Positions 11,460 to 28,109 of a DNA stretch of 42,066 bases are shown one piece after another. Each line of letters begins with the position of its first letter. Positions within the stretch are counted from its first letter, which is position 1. The position numbers were made by a program, and so were the translations under genes. The stretch is from the NCBI GenBank assembly GCA_009602725.1, contig WELB01000011.1, positions 409,959 through 452,024 of the forward strand, read 5' to 3'. This stretch comes from Spirogloea muscicola. Lineage: Eukaryota. The notes under the pieces are model-generated. The model worked only from the letters and a program-made list of their open reading frames with translations, had not been told where the DNA came from and did not search any database.

Positions 11460-11670
11460 GCCTCTGGCTCTGGCCAGGGGACCCACTTCCAGGAGCCCAG
11501 CATCTCTGATCTGCGGCTGCTTAGCAGGGGTTACTGAGTGTCTCGTAGCAGCTTTGTTTCTGTTACTTAGCGCTTCCCCTGGCCCCCTTCTCGTACTCTG
11601 TTCATTCTTTTTCGGGCTGGTTGTTCCAGCCCCTATTCTCAATGAGCGAGCACTTTCTTCTTTCTTCTGC
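11460..11670 (+). mobile_element. CRE-like 3' fragment, subfamily C
   Basis: SISDLRLLSRGY* (stop 11535-11537), UTR with hairpin, tail CTTTCTTCTTTCTTC. Confidence 0.75.
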
Positions 11671-11749
11671 CTTCCACGCACGCACATGGCGCGCCAGCCA
11701 CCGCCGGCTCGTGGGACGTTGCCGGCTTGGTGGACAGGCAGCAGCTAGC

Positions 11750-12955
11750 CCGTGTCCAGGAAGAGAAGACGCTTCCAGGAGCAGCGGCAGCTCCTCTGTA
11801 TCGGGCTGGGAAAAGCCAGGCTACAAGATGGTGAATCAGGCCAAGCGGAGGAGGGCAGAAGGGCCAGGAGTCGGCAGGCGGACACTACTCTGCTTCGGTG
11901 AGGATGAACAAGGCGCACGGCGCGCATGACACGAAAAGGGGAGGCCAAAGCAAGCCAGTATGCTGTGCAACAAGAATCAAAGAAAATCAAGAAGGGTTGA
12001 GGTAATACTTCGAAGTGCACAGGAGAGCATCATTGTCATCACAGTCGACGACTGTTCAGCGAGAGGGAGGAGCTCTTCCAACAGGGGCCGATTGCCATGA
12101 AAGGTCTAGCCGGAAGTGGAAGGGGCTCGTCCGAAGCGGTGGAAGGAAGGGAAGAGCCAGCCCAGAGAGAGCGCACAAGGTCCAGAGGGCAAAGCGCAAC
12201 CCACGCAGGCGAGCAAGTGGGCTGCACGGATGGGCGGCTCGTCACGGAAGCGTGCGGCTGCTTGATACAATGAAGGAGCGGCTGTGACGAAGCCAGCCGG
12301 GTGCGATTGGCGCGGCAGCGCCGGCGGCCGGCGGTGCCGCCCGGCCGACGTGGCGGGTGGTTCCGGCGAGGGGGCTGTCAAGTGCGGGGGGAAGGGGGGG
12401 GATCCGCTGGCGGCGTCGGCGCCGTGGGTCGGCGGCGCCGGCGGCACGTCGGCAGCGCGGCAGCGATGGCGATCGCGCTCCCGCCATGGCCGCCTTGATG
12501 TGCGGCGCCGCGGCTCTCGTCCTTTGTTCACTCTTTTTTGGGCTGGCTTTTCCAGCCCCTATTCTCAATGGGCGAGCACTTGCTTCTCGCGGACGGGGAC
12601 GAAGGTCGCTTCCGGTCCCTCGTTCTTTATTTCTCTGTTCCGAGGACTCTCTTACAGCAGACGGCGATGTGGCTGTGATCGGCCAACCCAGGAAAGAATG
12701 ATGAAAATCGAAAGGGACAGCAGAGCGCTGAGGAGGACATGCGGGAGGCCCGGGAGGAAGAGCCCTCGCAACAAGGAGCGCCGGATGTGAAAGGCCAGCC
12801 CCGAAGAAAAAGCTGGAGGGGGTGTGGAAGAGGGGGAGCTCTTTCTGAGCGAGCCGTGGCCGCCAGAGGCCAGGCCAAGGAGGATGGAAGAGCTTCTTTC
12901 ATCTCAATCCTCCTGGCCCCTCGCAACCATCGCCCCCCTTCGGAAGAGCTTCTTC
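11750..12955. repeat. Mosaic of solo 3' UTR tails in both orientations, with GC-rich filler
   Basis: Hairpin-module copies near 11800, 12095, 12540, 12670 and 12785. Confidence 0.55.
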
Positions 12956-12957
12956 CC

Positions 12958-13428
12958 GCACTACCAGGACCATCCCCGAGGGGACCACCTTTATCCGTGT
13001 GCCATGGATATCTACGGAGGCTACGGCGTAAAATGGTCCTCCCTGATCCAGCATCTGGCCCGGCTGGTTGATGCGCGTCGTCGAAGTCAAGGGGGCAGCT
13101 TGGGCAACTCCAGCGTTCCGCAGGCCTTAGTTGCAAATTTTAGAATGCGGCTCTCACTTAATTTTCAGCGCTCGCAAGCATTGGCTCTTCATCAACGTGC
13201 AGGGCGCGCTCTAAGTAACGCCTCCCGCTTTCGTGGCGGCGCCCAGCTCCCCAAGTTAGCTTGTCGGATTTGTTTGTGCTCACCCGTGGATGCTGATGTC
13301 ACCTTAGGCACCTTAGTCTAGGTCTCCGTATTATGTAGCCCTGTTTAGTTTGCCCTAGACTCTGCCTGAACAATGTATCGGCTTGAATTGGCCTCCATTT
13401 CATTTCATGCGCCCCGCGCGCCTTCTTC
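12958..13428 (+). mobile_element. CRE-like 3' fragment with RLE C-terminal half, subfamily B
   Basis: HYQDHPRGDHLYPCAMDIYGGYGVKWSSLIQHLARL...NFRMRLSLNFQRSQALALHQRAGRAL; after a frameshift, SLSDLFVLTRGC* (stop 13294-13296); then a full UTR ending cgcgcgccttctt. Confidence 0.85.
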
Positions 13429-13789
13429 CCGCAATATCTGGGGCCCGAGCAGCTGAGCGGTCTGCGCTCTCCGGGCCCCTTCCGGGAAGCAAGAGAAGGG
13501 ACAAGCAGCAGCAGCTGCCCCGCCGCCTCTGCCGCGGCGCGCGCAGCAGCTTCTCGTGCCGCTCAGCTGCACGGCGCCGGCCCAACGCGCTGCGTGGCGC
13601 GTGGACCGGCCGCCCAATGGCTCGTGGGGGCCCACGAGCGGCCGCCCGCCCGCGCCTCGCCGAGCAGCGCGGGGGCAGGGGGCTGCCGTGGGCGGGCTGT
13701 GGTCGTGGTGGGGCCTGGGCCTTCTTGGTAGCGGGCACGGTACGTCCACACCCGAGGTCGGGCGCCGGGGAGTTGCGGGCCACTGTCGC

Positions 13790-16225
13790 TTCAACGCTTT
13801 CACCTGTTCATTCTTTTGGGCTGGCCTCTCCCAGCCACCAGTCAATTTGGAAGCGCTCTTTTCTGGCCCCTTCGAACTTGAAGAAGTGGCTCTCCCAATG
13901 GGGGCAAGGGCTGTGAAAAGCCAGCCCAAAAAGAATTGACGAAGGTTCAAAGGGGCCAAATGACGAACTTCGAACCTGGGTCGTTCTTCTTTCCTGGGCG
14001 GGCCAATCAAAGCCATCGCCATCGCGCCTTCTCTCTCATCTATTGGTTTGGAAGAAAGTGTCTCACCTGCGGAGATACGCAGCTGGGCGGTGTGGACGGT
14101 GTTCCGCCGCTGCCGCCCAGCTCCCACCTTCCCCCTTTTGTCGGCCAGCTGCTTATCTGTCTTCTTGAAGTCCATCTGGCCGCGCTTCCTTCTTAAAACG
14201 ACCAGTGTCGGCCTGTTTAGAACGTGCTCAGGCTCATGCTTTGCACCAGAAAGCTGGGCGAGCTCTAGATGATGGTGGCAGAAGGGCTTCGAATCCGCCA
14301 GCTGGTATCTAGGCATTCATTAGCGACCTTCATGTATTGACCCGTGGTTACTGAGCGGGTCAATTTGGCAGTGGTGATGTACGTCATTAGATGTGCTTGC
14401 CTCCTCTGTACTTGGCCATTTTGGCGTTCGTTTATCTCAGAGTACACGAACCCCCCTCCTCGTTGCATGTAGGAGAAATAGCTCTTTCCAAGCAAGGCGC
14501 TGGCTGTAAGAAAATTGCGCGCCCTAGAGAAGAGGGGCTGGCAGAGGCCAGCCCCATAACAATGGACAAAATCCAAAGAGCCAGAAAGATCCCGGGACAA
14601 AAGTCACGAAGCTAGCACAAGACAACGCAAAGGGAAGCTCAGTACCCACGATTGAGCAGCAGCACCTGTGGGCTGTGAGGCCAGCCCACAGGTAGCGTGC
14701 ACGGCTGCGCCTTCTCTCTTCTCCCTCTCAGCCCGTAGGAGGTGCGGTTCTTCTAGAGAAGAAGTGGCTCTCCCAATGGCTGTAAAAGCCAGCCTGAAAA
14801 GAATAGACAAAGGTTCGAAGGGGCCAAGTGACGGAGGGGCCTAAAGCGCGTACCAGCTACGAAGGGGCCTGAAGATGCTATGTCAGAACGGGGGGAGGAT
14901 GGACCACTCAGTAGTCACGAATGAGGAGCCTCAAGTCTTCCAAAGAGGGCGAGATTTGCAACGGGCTCTCGTAGGAGGCGGCGATTGTAAAAGTAGCAGC
15001 TCTTGTGAAATAAAAAAGGTGGGCGAGGGCTGTGAAAGGCCAGCTCGGAGAGACCGGACAAGGTCCGAAGAAAGGCGCGCGGTGCGCTTGAAAGTGGAAG
15101 GGAGGCCAACTCCAGCCTTACAAGGGGCCGGGAAAGAGAAAACATTCGGAGAGCAGGTGTTGTGAATGGGGCCGGGGTCTTCGAAAGAGGAAGAGGCAGC
15201 TCATTTCTGTACTGAGCTTCCCTTTGCATCGTCGTGTATTCTTTTGCCGTGGTTTGTAGTATAGTCCCATTTCGGCATCTTTCTTTGCCAGCCCCTCCTC
15301 ATGGGCGAGCACTTTCTTTTCAAGAGGGCGAGGCTGCGAGAGAAAGAGAGAAAGACGCTTCCAGGAGAGCTCGGTGGCTCATTCTCTTCCAGGAGAGGGG
15401 CGGTGGCTGGGAGAGGCCAGCCCCAGAAGGAAACAGCGCGTCCAATTTGACTGGTGGCTGGGAGAGGCACAGCCCACAAGAGTGGACAATGTCTGGAAGC
15501 CCCAGAAGGACGGGACAGCTGGGGGCGGAGAAGCGGGCACTTCCAGTTGAGTTCTTTTCACAGCCCTTGCTCCCGTTAATAAGTGCCACTATCTTCTGGG
15601 GCAGGCTTCCACAGCCCCCGCCCCCTTTGGAGACTAGTATTCTGCTGTTTGCCATCTGGCCCTTCACAGTGTATTTGAAAGAGCTGATTCTATTCTCTTT
15701 CCGCCCACTAGCTTTTCCGACTTGCACTTACTGACTAGAGGTTACTGAGAGCATACTTGCTGACGACTTAGAGATCAGTATCTTGCTTTCTGCGCCATCC
15801 GGCTTCTATCAGACCTTGTCCATTCCTTTGGGCTGGCCTCTCACAGCCACTGCTGCCTGCAAGCAGATGTTCTTTTGGAAGCTCACGATCTCCCCGAGGC
15901 CTCCGCCGTGAGGCGGTGCCGTACGCCTGCCCGACCGGAACCGGCGGTCTTCCTCGTGGCCCGGAGCTTTCACCAACGCACCGCGATCGCGCCTACGGCC
16001 GCCGTGGCAACCCCCACTGTAGCGCGGCTCATCGGCCGCGGGCCGGGGGTGGGCGAGCGAGAGGGAGGAGGCGCCAGGGGGAGGAGGAGAGGATGAGAGT
16101 GGGCGGCGAGAGGGGAGGGGACGAGAGGCGCGGGGGAAGAGAAGAAATTTCGTGTATTTGAAACAATCTAAGGCCAGTATGGCCAAGTACAGAGGTAAGC
16201 ACATCCTATGACGTAGCAGCTAGCA
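13790..16225. mobile_element. Dense stack of CRE-like 3' fragments
   Basis: VSACLERAQAHALHQKAGRAL...ISDLHVLTRGY* (+, stop 14352-14354, A); LLLNRGY* (-, stop 14639-14641, E); Y* plus E UTR (~15210); FSDLHLLTRGY* (+, stop 15746-15748, F); A UTR inverted at 16140-16220; many solo hairpin tails. Confidence 0.75.
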
Positions 16226-16229
16226 TCTA

Positions 16230-17060
16230 GCAGCTACTGGAGCTGCTAGTGGAGTGAGGCAGCAGCTGTGCCAGGAGGAATGGAGGGGTGGGGGGGGGAA
16301 GAGGGCTGGAAGTGCCACGATTGGGGCCTTGACATCCTGTCCTGCTGGAGCTGCTAGAGGAGGAGTGAGGCAGCATCCATAGCAGGAGGGATGGGGGGGT
16401 GGGGAAGGATGGCCGGAAGTGCCGATGAGGGTCTTGTCGACCTGGCCTAGCAGCAGTGGCAGGATGAGGGACGGCGGAGGGGAAAGGGAGGGCCGGCTGC
16501 TAGAGGAGTGAGGCACCAGCAGTGGCAGGAGGAATGGAGGGGGGGAGGAAAGAGGGCTGGAAGTGCCGACTGGGGCCTTGTCGACCTGTCCTGCTGCGGC
16601 TGCTAGAGAGAAGGCGCGCGGGGCGCATGAATTGAAAGGGAGGCCAATTCAAGCCAATACATTGTTCAGGCAGAGTCGAGTGCAGACTAAACAATGCTAC
16701 ATAATACGGAGACCTAATCTAAGGTACCTAAGATGACATTAGTACCCACGGGTGAGCACAAACAAATCTGACAAGCTAACTTGGGGAGCTGGAGCGCCGC
16801 CACGAAGGAGGAGTTGGGCAGCAGCAGTAGCAGGAGGGATGGAAGGGGGGGGAAGGATGGCCGAAAGTGCCGGTGAGGGCCTTGTCGATCTGGCCTGGCA
16901 GCAGTGGCAGGAGGAGGGATGGCGGGAAGGGGAAGGAGGGCCGGCTGCTAGAGGAGTGAGGCAGCAGCAGTGCCAGGAGGAATGGAGGGGTGGGGGGGGG
17001 AAGAGGGCTGGAAGTGCCGATTGGGGCCTTGACGACCTGTCCTGCTGGAGCTGAAGAGAG
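16230..17060. repeat. Purine-rich tandem repeat, about 250-bp unit, about 2.5 copies, interrupted by an insertion
   Basis: GGAGTGAGGCA.CAGC.GTG.CAGGAGGAATGGAGGGG...GGAAGTGCC recurs near 16251, 16505 and 16953. Confidence 0.75.
16606..16808 (-). mobile_element. CRE-like 3' fragment, subfamily B, inserted in the tandem repeat
   Basis: RGGAPAPQVSLSDLFVLTRGY* (stop 16739-16741) plus a complete UTR. About 120 bp identical to window positions 1-123. Confidence 0.85.
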
Positions 17061-17339
17061 GGGAGAAGTGGGAGAGAGGTGGCCCACGCGCGGGCAGAAG
17101 TGCCGGTGGGGTTTGGGGTTGGGCAAGCCCGACCCTGCCGCCCATCATCAGCAGCCCACACTGGCAGCTCGAGCCACAAGCCCCAGCCCCGCCCACCATC
17201 TCGGCCGCCCGGGGACGCAACCCGCCATTACGGGTGCACAACCTCGCGCGCACCACGTGCCCCCTTACGTGCCCCCTTTGGGTACTAACTTCACAATCTT
17301 ACCTAGCCACCTCAGCGTAGGGCTTTGGTTAATGTAGCC

Positions 17340-17990
17340 TTATTGTTTTGTCCATTCTTTTTTGGCTGGCTTCTGCCAGCCCCTCTCTTCTATGGGCGAG
17401 CTTTTCCTTCTATTGTTTTGCACTAGTCTCTGCTGAACATATTTTTTGGCTTGAATTTGCCTCCCTCATATATGCGCACCGCGCGCTTTCTCTCTCCTTA
17501 GGTTGACGTGGTTGTCACGGAGGCGCAGGAATGCCCAGCATCGCCATACATTGCTACTTAATTCTGTCGGTTGTTGCACGATAACGAAGTTGCAGCGTCA
17601 CGTTGACTAACCCCTGCTGCGATCACCTTCTACAAGCCAAATCTGACAGCCATGCCTGCATAAGTCCTCGCGTCCGCACAGCTTGCTCGAGAGGAAGGCA
17701 AGGCTAGGGTATGCACGTTGTGAGGACATGCTTGCTTGCAGCCAAGATGGGCTTGCCGGCAGGTTCCTGCCGTCCATGCATTACCGCACCAGTCGTGTCT
17801 TTAGCAAGCCCAGGACCATGCGCTGCACCAGAAGCTTGGCGAGCTGTAGTGCGTGGCAGCGCCACTTGCAAGCTGCAGTCCAGTATTTGCGCACGCATCG
17901 GCGACTTTGACTTTGCTGAATTCAGCTACTGAGCGGTTCAGTCTAGCAGCAGGCGGCCTACATCCATAGATGTGCCTGCCTTCGTGTTTG
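17340..17990 (+). mobile_element. E tail, B tail and an old degenerate subfamily A RLE fragment
   Basis: VDVVVTE (~17502) ... KMGLPA ... tgcaccagaagct ... tactgagcggttcag ... agatgtgcctgcc is collinear with 2356-2745. Confidence 0.6.
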
Positions 17991-18194
17991 TCAGGGCCCC
18001 AGTCATTCGACATTCTCTTTGCCCCGCCCTTCTGGCCCCCGCTTCGAGCCTGCCTCGTACTTGGCCCGCTCTGGCACTCCATCACTCAAAAGGCAATTTT
18101 GCCCTCCGTATCTGGTGCCCACGCCTCCGCTTCCCCGCCCCAATTTCTCCGCCCTCTTACATCCACCTCTGGTCAGAAGGCTCCGGCGGGGAGA

Positions 18195-19000
18195 ATGAAG
18201 CTCCCCCCATCGTCCAGCCTCGTACGTACTTGCCCCGCCTGCACGGCAGCTCTTTCAGACGAGCAACGGCTCCTCCTCCATCGCTCCTGGCCTCTTTCCG
18301 CTCTTTGGGCTACCTTCGACAGCAAGAGCTTCTCGTTCCTTCTGCCGCCTGGCGAGCTCGCCACGCCCGCCTGCTTCAAGTGCGCCTCAATCTTCACCCG
18401 AACTAACGTAATGTATTTGTCATTGGGATGACCTCGCTCTGTGAGCTGATCGGCCGGCACACTAAGTGGCAAGCATGTGGAAGCGCGGTGCGGGCTCCTT
18501 CGGTCGACCATGCAGGGCACTCGACTGCTGTACCGGGGCTATAGCGGCGGTGGCCATTGCCCCTCCCGTCATTCTTCATGTGCTGGCTGGCGCCCTGCAG
18601 GCACCTGCCTCGTACAGATTCTCTTTCAGATTGGTCCTTCCCCCGCGCTTGCTGGCTGCGCCTTCTCTGCCAATCCCTCTTCGGCCTGGTAATTTGTGGC
18701 CCTCTTGTTCGAAGTACACAGTAAGCGGTCTCCGTCGTCCCACTTCTTCTTTTGTGCCAACCCCCTCGGCGCCCGTCAGGCAGGGCCCCAGAAGTACCTG
18801 CATTCCGTCATGCCAGCGGCCATCATTTGCTTCTTCTCGAACAACTGCGCCTCTTCATTTCATGCATGTAGGACGCCTTAAGTCCCCCACGCGGCTCATC
18901 TTCACAGCCATCGCACTGGCCATCAAGCTAGGCCGTGCATATCTGCCAGACTGCCAGATCAGCAAGATCAAGCTGGACATTCTGCTGACGCGCGCATCTC
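18195..19000 (+). pseudogene. Possible degenerate N-terminal part of a CRE-like ORF
   Basis: CPAC...LLLH and CFKC zinc-finger-like motifs, broken by stops and frameshifts. Family assignment is tentative. Confidence 0.3.
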
Positions 19001-20970
19001 CAGGGCAGCAGAGCAAGCAACAAGCACTTGTATATAGTCTTGAAGAACAAGCCCTACAACAATCTCCCCAGAGGAAGACCGCATCTTGAGCATTCGAAGC
19101 GGAGGCTGAGGTTACCAGCATACAGACACAGTCTTATCCAGAGACGCGTGCAAAACCTGAGGTGTTCAGGGTTCTTTCAGGGTCCAGAAGTAGCCACTAA
19201 TTGCACTGATCATCTATTCATGTAGCACGTCACGAGCGAGAAACAGGCAAATTTTTGCGTCAAGTGGCTGGCTTGCTTATGTAGGACCTAGAGCTGCAAG
19301 CAGCCCCCAATGGGGCCTTAGACTGCACCTTGGAATTGCTGGATATGATGATTGAGAAATGCTAATCTGTGAGGTTTTCATATGAGCCCTCATGGCTCCT
19401 TTTGCCATTTCAGTACCCTAAATTGCACAAGGATGCAGGCAGGAGCAAGCTTTGGCGCCCCAAGTTTTCCTCATCGCGCATTGGCTTCCAAAATAGCGAA
19501 GGGTCAGTAAATGCTGCGAAGTGACGTACTTCAAACGCTGTTCAGGCAGAGTTCCACCCACGCTGTGCCTGAACCGCCTGTCTCTTAAGTACATACGAGT
19601 TGCCAAAGCAGCCTTCACTCAGACTGCCCTGCCACCCCTCTTACAGCAGGTCAAAATAGGCGAGTCAATAATGTTCAATCCGCGTCTAGCTATAGTGGCC
19701 TTCCACCGGCCGGTGGGCACAGCGAGCCTCTTGACATTATTCTTTGGGTCTTGGCTGTGACCTTGCCACTGCCACGCCACCTAATACAATCACTAATCTG
19801 CAATGGCCGCCAAGTCGCTTCTTACAATGGTTTCCGCTATCATGGCACTCATATATCCAGGTCCTCAGAATATAAACACGGCATCATATAGCAAGAAACG
19901 CCAGCACACACTGACTGCTTATCGCTTAACTGCTGATGTATGCTGTGCTGTGCTGTTGAGTGTACTCGCTTCACTTCGCAAGAGAAACAATTTGCAAGTC
20001 CCAATGCAATGATCACATCACCCCGGCCACCTAGACTTACAGGCATGATCGGGCTGTGTTGAAGCACTGCCTCCCTCCTTTGCCAGTGCGACCAGCTCTT
20101 ACCATCTTATTACTGCGCAATTGCTGAACTGCCGATCAGCAAGTGACACCGTTGGTCGCTCAGTTGACCCTCATTAAGTTTCTCTGCAGTCTGCCCAGGG
20201 GCTCCTTCAAGATCTGTCATGTTAGCATTTTGACACCGACGTGGCTGGTGTACCCCTGGGTGACAATCACCCACTTGCTCCCGGAACAAAACAATGTCTG
20301 TCCCCAAAATGTATGGGCAAGTATCATATCTTAACCACATGAGTCCACTCGACACCACATTGATCAAACAATGGTCTGTACAGTCAATGATGTCCAGTCG
20401 CTAGTGTCATCTCACCTGTACTTGTCAATGTCTAGGGCCTATTTTGCCTGCCATATAAACATCACTGTGAAAGAATGTATGTATGGAGCAACTAAGCCCT
20501 GCCCAAGGGAGCCTCTATTGCGAGACACACCCAGGCGTCGCTATCGGGGGCTGCAAGAGCCACCCTCGCCCTGCATTAGTATAGCAATATCCATGCTAAT
20601 CACACGGTTTGCCATTGACACTCTATTCTGGGAAACTAGTGGAAGAAGGACAAAAATGGGCCAGCCCTCGGAGGCCAGGGGGCAAGGGCACCACGCCACA
20701 TTCTACTGGGGCCTGGTGCACCGTGGCAACCGTACGAGCTGGGTTTGTAGAGCTCACTGGCGACAAGCCTCAGGAAGGGGACATAGCCCCCGCCAGAGAC
20801 CGCTGGCAGGCAGTGCAACAAATGCAGAGTACCGTGTAGCTGCAGGAGATTCTCTCGTGCGCCACTTGGTAGCTCTGTGGTAATTGACAATGATTCTATA
20901 TGCCTTGTGATGTAGTCCTGTACAGATGCTCTAATGAAGCCACCGTCGCGCCACCGCGTCGTGGCACTTA

Positions 20971-25756
<4,786 letters not shown>

Positions 25757-26349
25757 GCCGGAGGCCGACAGTGCAGCAGAGGACCTCAGAGGCGCCTGCG
25801 TCAGGCCTGCCTGGCTACCAAGAACGAGAGCTAGTGTTGCTCGCCGGCCAAACCTCCACGCCAGCCCCGCCAGAAGGACTGAGATGGACGTCCAGCGCAG
25901 GCGCGAAGGCGCCGGCGGCCCGACGGTAGAGCTGCGATGAGGGCGGCCTCGGGACTGCGGCAGCGGGCGGCGGCGGCGGCGGCAGCGATGGCGGCGGCGG
26001 TGGCGGAGAGTGGCGAGGCGATCAGAGGCGGAACAGTCAGGGGAGGCTAAGTACTGAGGCGGAGGGACAGCACGGGGAAAGTGGGCGGGGGAGACGGGGG
26101 CCGTCCAGGCGTAAGGGGGGGGGGACCGCAGGCGGGAAGGTGGGGGGCGGCGGGCAAAGAATCTGCGGCGGGCGAAGAGGCCTTCGCCGACGCGGGCGGG
26201 CAACCGGCCGTTCGAATCATGGGTAGGTGCCGCTGCTTCGCGGCCACCCCCTCGTGGGCGGTCTCCTGCCGTCCGCCTGCTGCGCGCCAAGCCGTCTCGG
26301 TTAGAGCGGGGAGGAGGGAGGTTGGCGCAGGTGCCGGCTGCCTCCCTCC

Positions 26350-27720
26350 TTCCTGGCCCCTTTTAGACCTTGTTCCTCTTTTATAAACCTTCCGTTTCTT
26401 AAAGGGGAGACTCTTCCAATAGAGGGCGATGGCTGAAAGTGGCCAGCTCAGGAAAAGGACCAAGGAACATTCCCCTTGGGCTGGCCTCTCACATGTACTT
26501 AGGTACTTGCATACTACAGGTTTCAGCACTCTTCAGCCCCTTCGGACCTTGTCAATAATTTTTAGTCTCGCTTTTAACAACCCTCGCCCCCATTTGGAAT
26601 AGCTCGCTTCTCACAGCCCATGCGATGAAGAGCTAATTCCTCTTCTCTGAGGGGGCCCACTGGCCTCCCCCTCAATCAGCGCCCAACGGGCGGGGGTCTG
26701 CAACTTTACCTTGGAAGCGAGGCCGCCGAAGCTCGCCGCGTGGCGCTCGTCCCCAGGACGCCCAGAAGGTGGGATCCACTCGCGGCGGCCCGCCGGACGG
26801 CTGCCCGCCGCACGCGGCCGAGGTTTTCGCCGCTCCACACGCGCCACTTCTAGGGCACCCTGGAAGTTTTCCGACATCGATGCAACTGATGAGCTCTTCC
26901 GAACAATGTATTGGCTTGAATTGGCCTCCCTTTCAATTCATGCGCCCCGCGCGCCTTCTCTCTCTTCCGAAAGACAGTGGTTCTCTTTAGGGTGCGAGGG
27001 CTGTGAAAAGCAGAAGAAGGGGCTCGCCCATTGAGGATAGGCTGGAAAAGCCAGCCCCAAAAAGAATGAATCAAGTATGAGAAGGGGGCCAGGGGAAGCG
27101 CTAGAACAAACAAGCACAAAAACAAACAAAGCAGCTACGAAGCACTCAGTAACCCCTGCTAAGCAGCCTCAGGTAAATAGTGAATAGCCAGCCTGAAAAA
27201 AAGACAAGGTCCGAAGGGGCCGATAGGGGGGCGCGGTAAAAGGAAGCCCAGAAAGTATGGACAAGGCCCAAAGGTGTGCGACGGCTGTGAAAGGCCAGCC
27301 CAGAAGTGAGTTAGTTGAAGAGGTCCAAGGGCCGGACAGCTGAGCTAAGTGGTCACTAAAATTGGTTCTCATTGGCCCGCAGCCGCAGGTCAGAGTAGCT
27401 TGCAGCAATGACAGCCCGCCGTGTCGTCCGCGACGGTGGGGGGGTGGGTGGGCCGGTGGCTGAGGCAGGGACTCCATCAGACGAGAGCCGGAGCCGGCTC
27501 CAGGTGGCGCGCTTGCCTCACTTGGACTCGTTTGGGCGGTGCGCTGCACGCGGCACGGCTAGTCAGGTGCTCCAAAAGGGCTCGGCGCGCTCCAACGCCG
27601 GCGGACGGGCCGGAATCACAGTGACTGCGACTGTCGGCGACCAGGTTGACCGTCACTCCAGTCTCCAGACCTGACCACGTGGCACGCCGACGAATTTGGC
27701 TCTCCTTATGTAAGAACATA
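26350..27720. mobile_element. Cluster of CRE-like 3' fragments
   Basis: B tail at 26895-26968 (+); LRLLSRGY* with C UTR at 27020-27173 (-, stop 27146-27148); degenerate minus copy with SDLRL near 27385; several solo hairpins. Confidence 0.65.
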
Positions 27721-27752
27721 TAGCTCGCTTCAGCGCACGATCCATCGGAAAT

Positions 27753-27826
27753 GTTTCCGTGGTGTAGTTGGTCATCACGTCAGTCTAACACACTGAAGGT
27801 CTCCGGTTCGAGCCCGGACGGAAACA
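27753..27826 (+). tRNA. tRNA-Val(AAC): tRNA-Val (anticodon AAC)
   Basis: Acceptor stem GTTTCCG/CGGAAAC, D arm TGGTGTAGTTGG, anticodon arm TCAGT-CTAACAC-ACTGA, T loop GGTTCGAGCCC. Confidence 0.97.
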
Positions 27827-27836
27827 TTTTTTTTTT
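27827..27836 (+). terminator. RNA polymerase III oligo-T terminator
   Basis: T10 directly after the tRNA. Confidence 0.85.
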
Positions 27837-28109
27837 GACATTGACAATGTCAAGTCCACCACACATTTTCGTTCCCTCGCCGTGCCAGTGTAGGAGCCTT
27901 GCATTGATAGACCGGAAAATTACTGCATTCTTCCTAAAAATCTCAGTAGGAGAAGCTTCTTATTGGTTTGTTAAACATCACCTTGTAGTAAGATACAGCG
28001 GGAGTGCTGATGACTACTATAATCCTTGATGTGCAACATGTTCAGAATAGAAATATACGGTTGCCGCTTCAAACCGCTTTAAACCTCACCACTGACTGCC
28101 CTCTCAGCC

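Noticed and set aside
9485..11748. Long overlapping ORFs on other frames over the kinase
   Set aside because: Artifacts of very high GC content and read-through of the N gap; no recognisable domains.
11750..16200. CRISPR-like array of hairpin repeats with spacers
   Set aside because: Repeats occur in both orientations with irregular spacing and are embedded in retroelement 3' UTRs. The context is eukaryotic and no cas genes are present.
25757..26290. Further N-terminal extension of the malic enzyme ORF
   Set aside because: It begins at a non-ATG codon in GC-rich low-complexity sequence; more likely 5' UTR or promoter.
26880..26975. Hammerhead ribozyme (CTGATGA ... GAAA)
   Set aside because: Core words are present but I could not form the three flanking stems, and the interval is a subfamily B tail.
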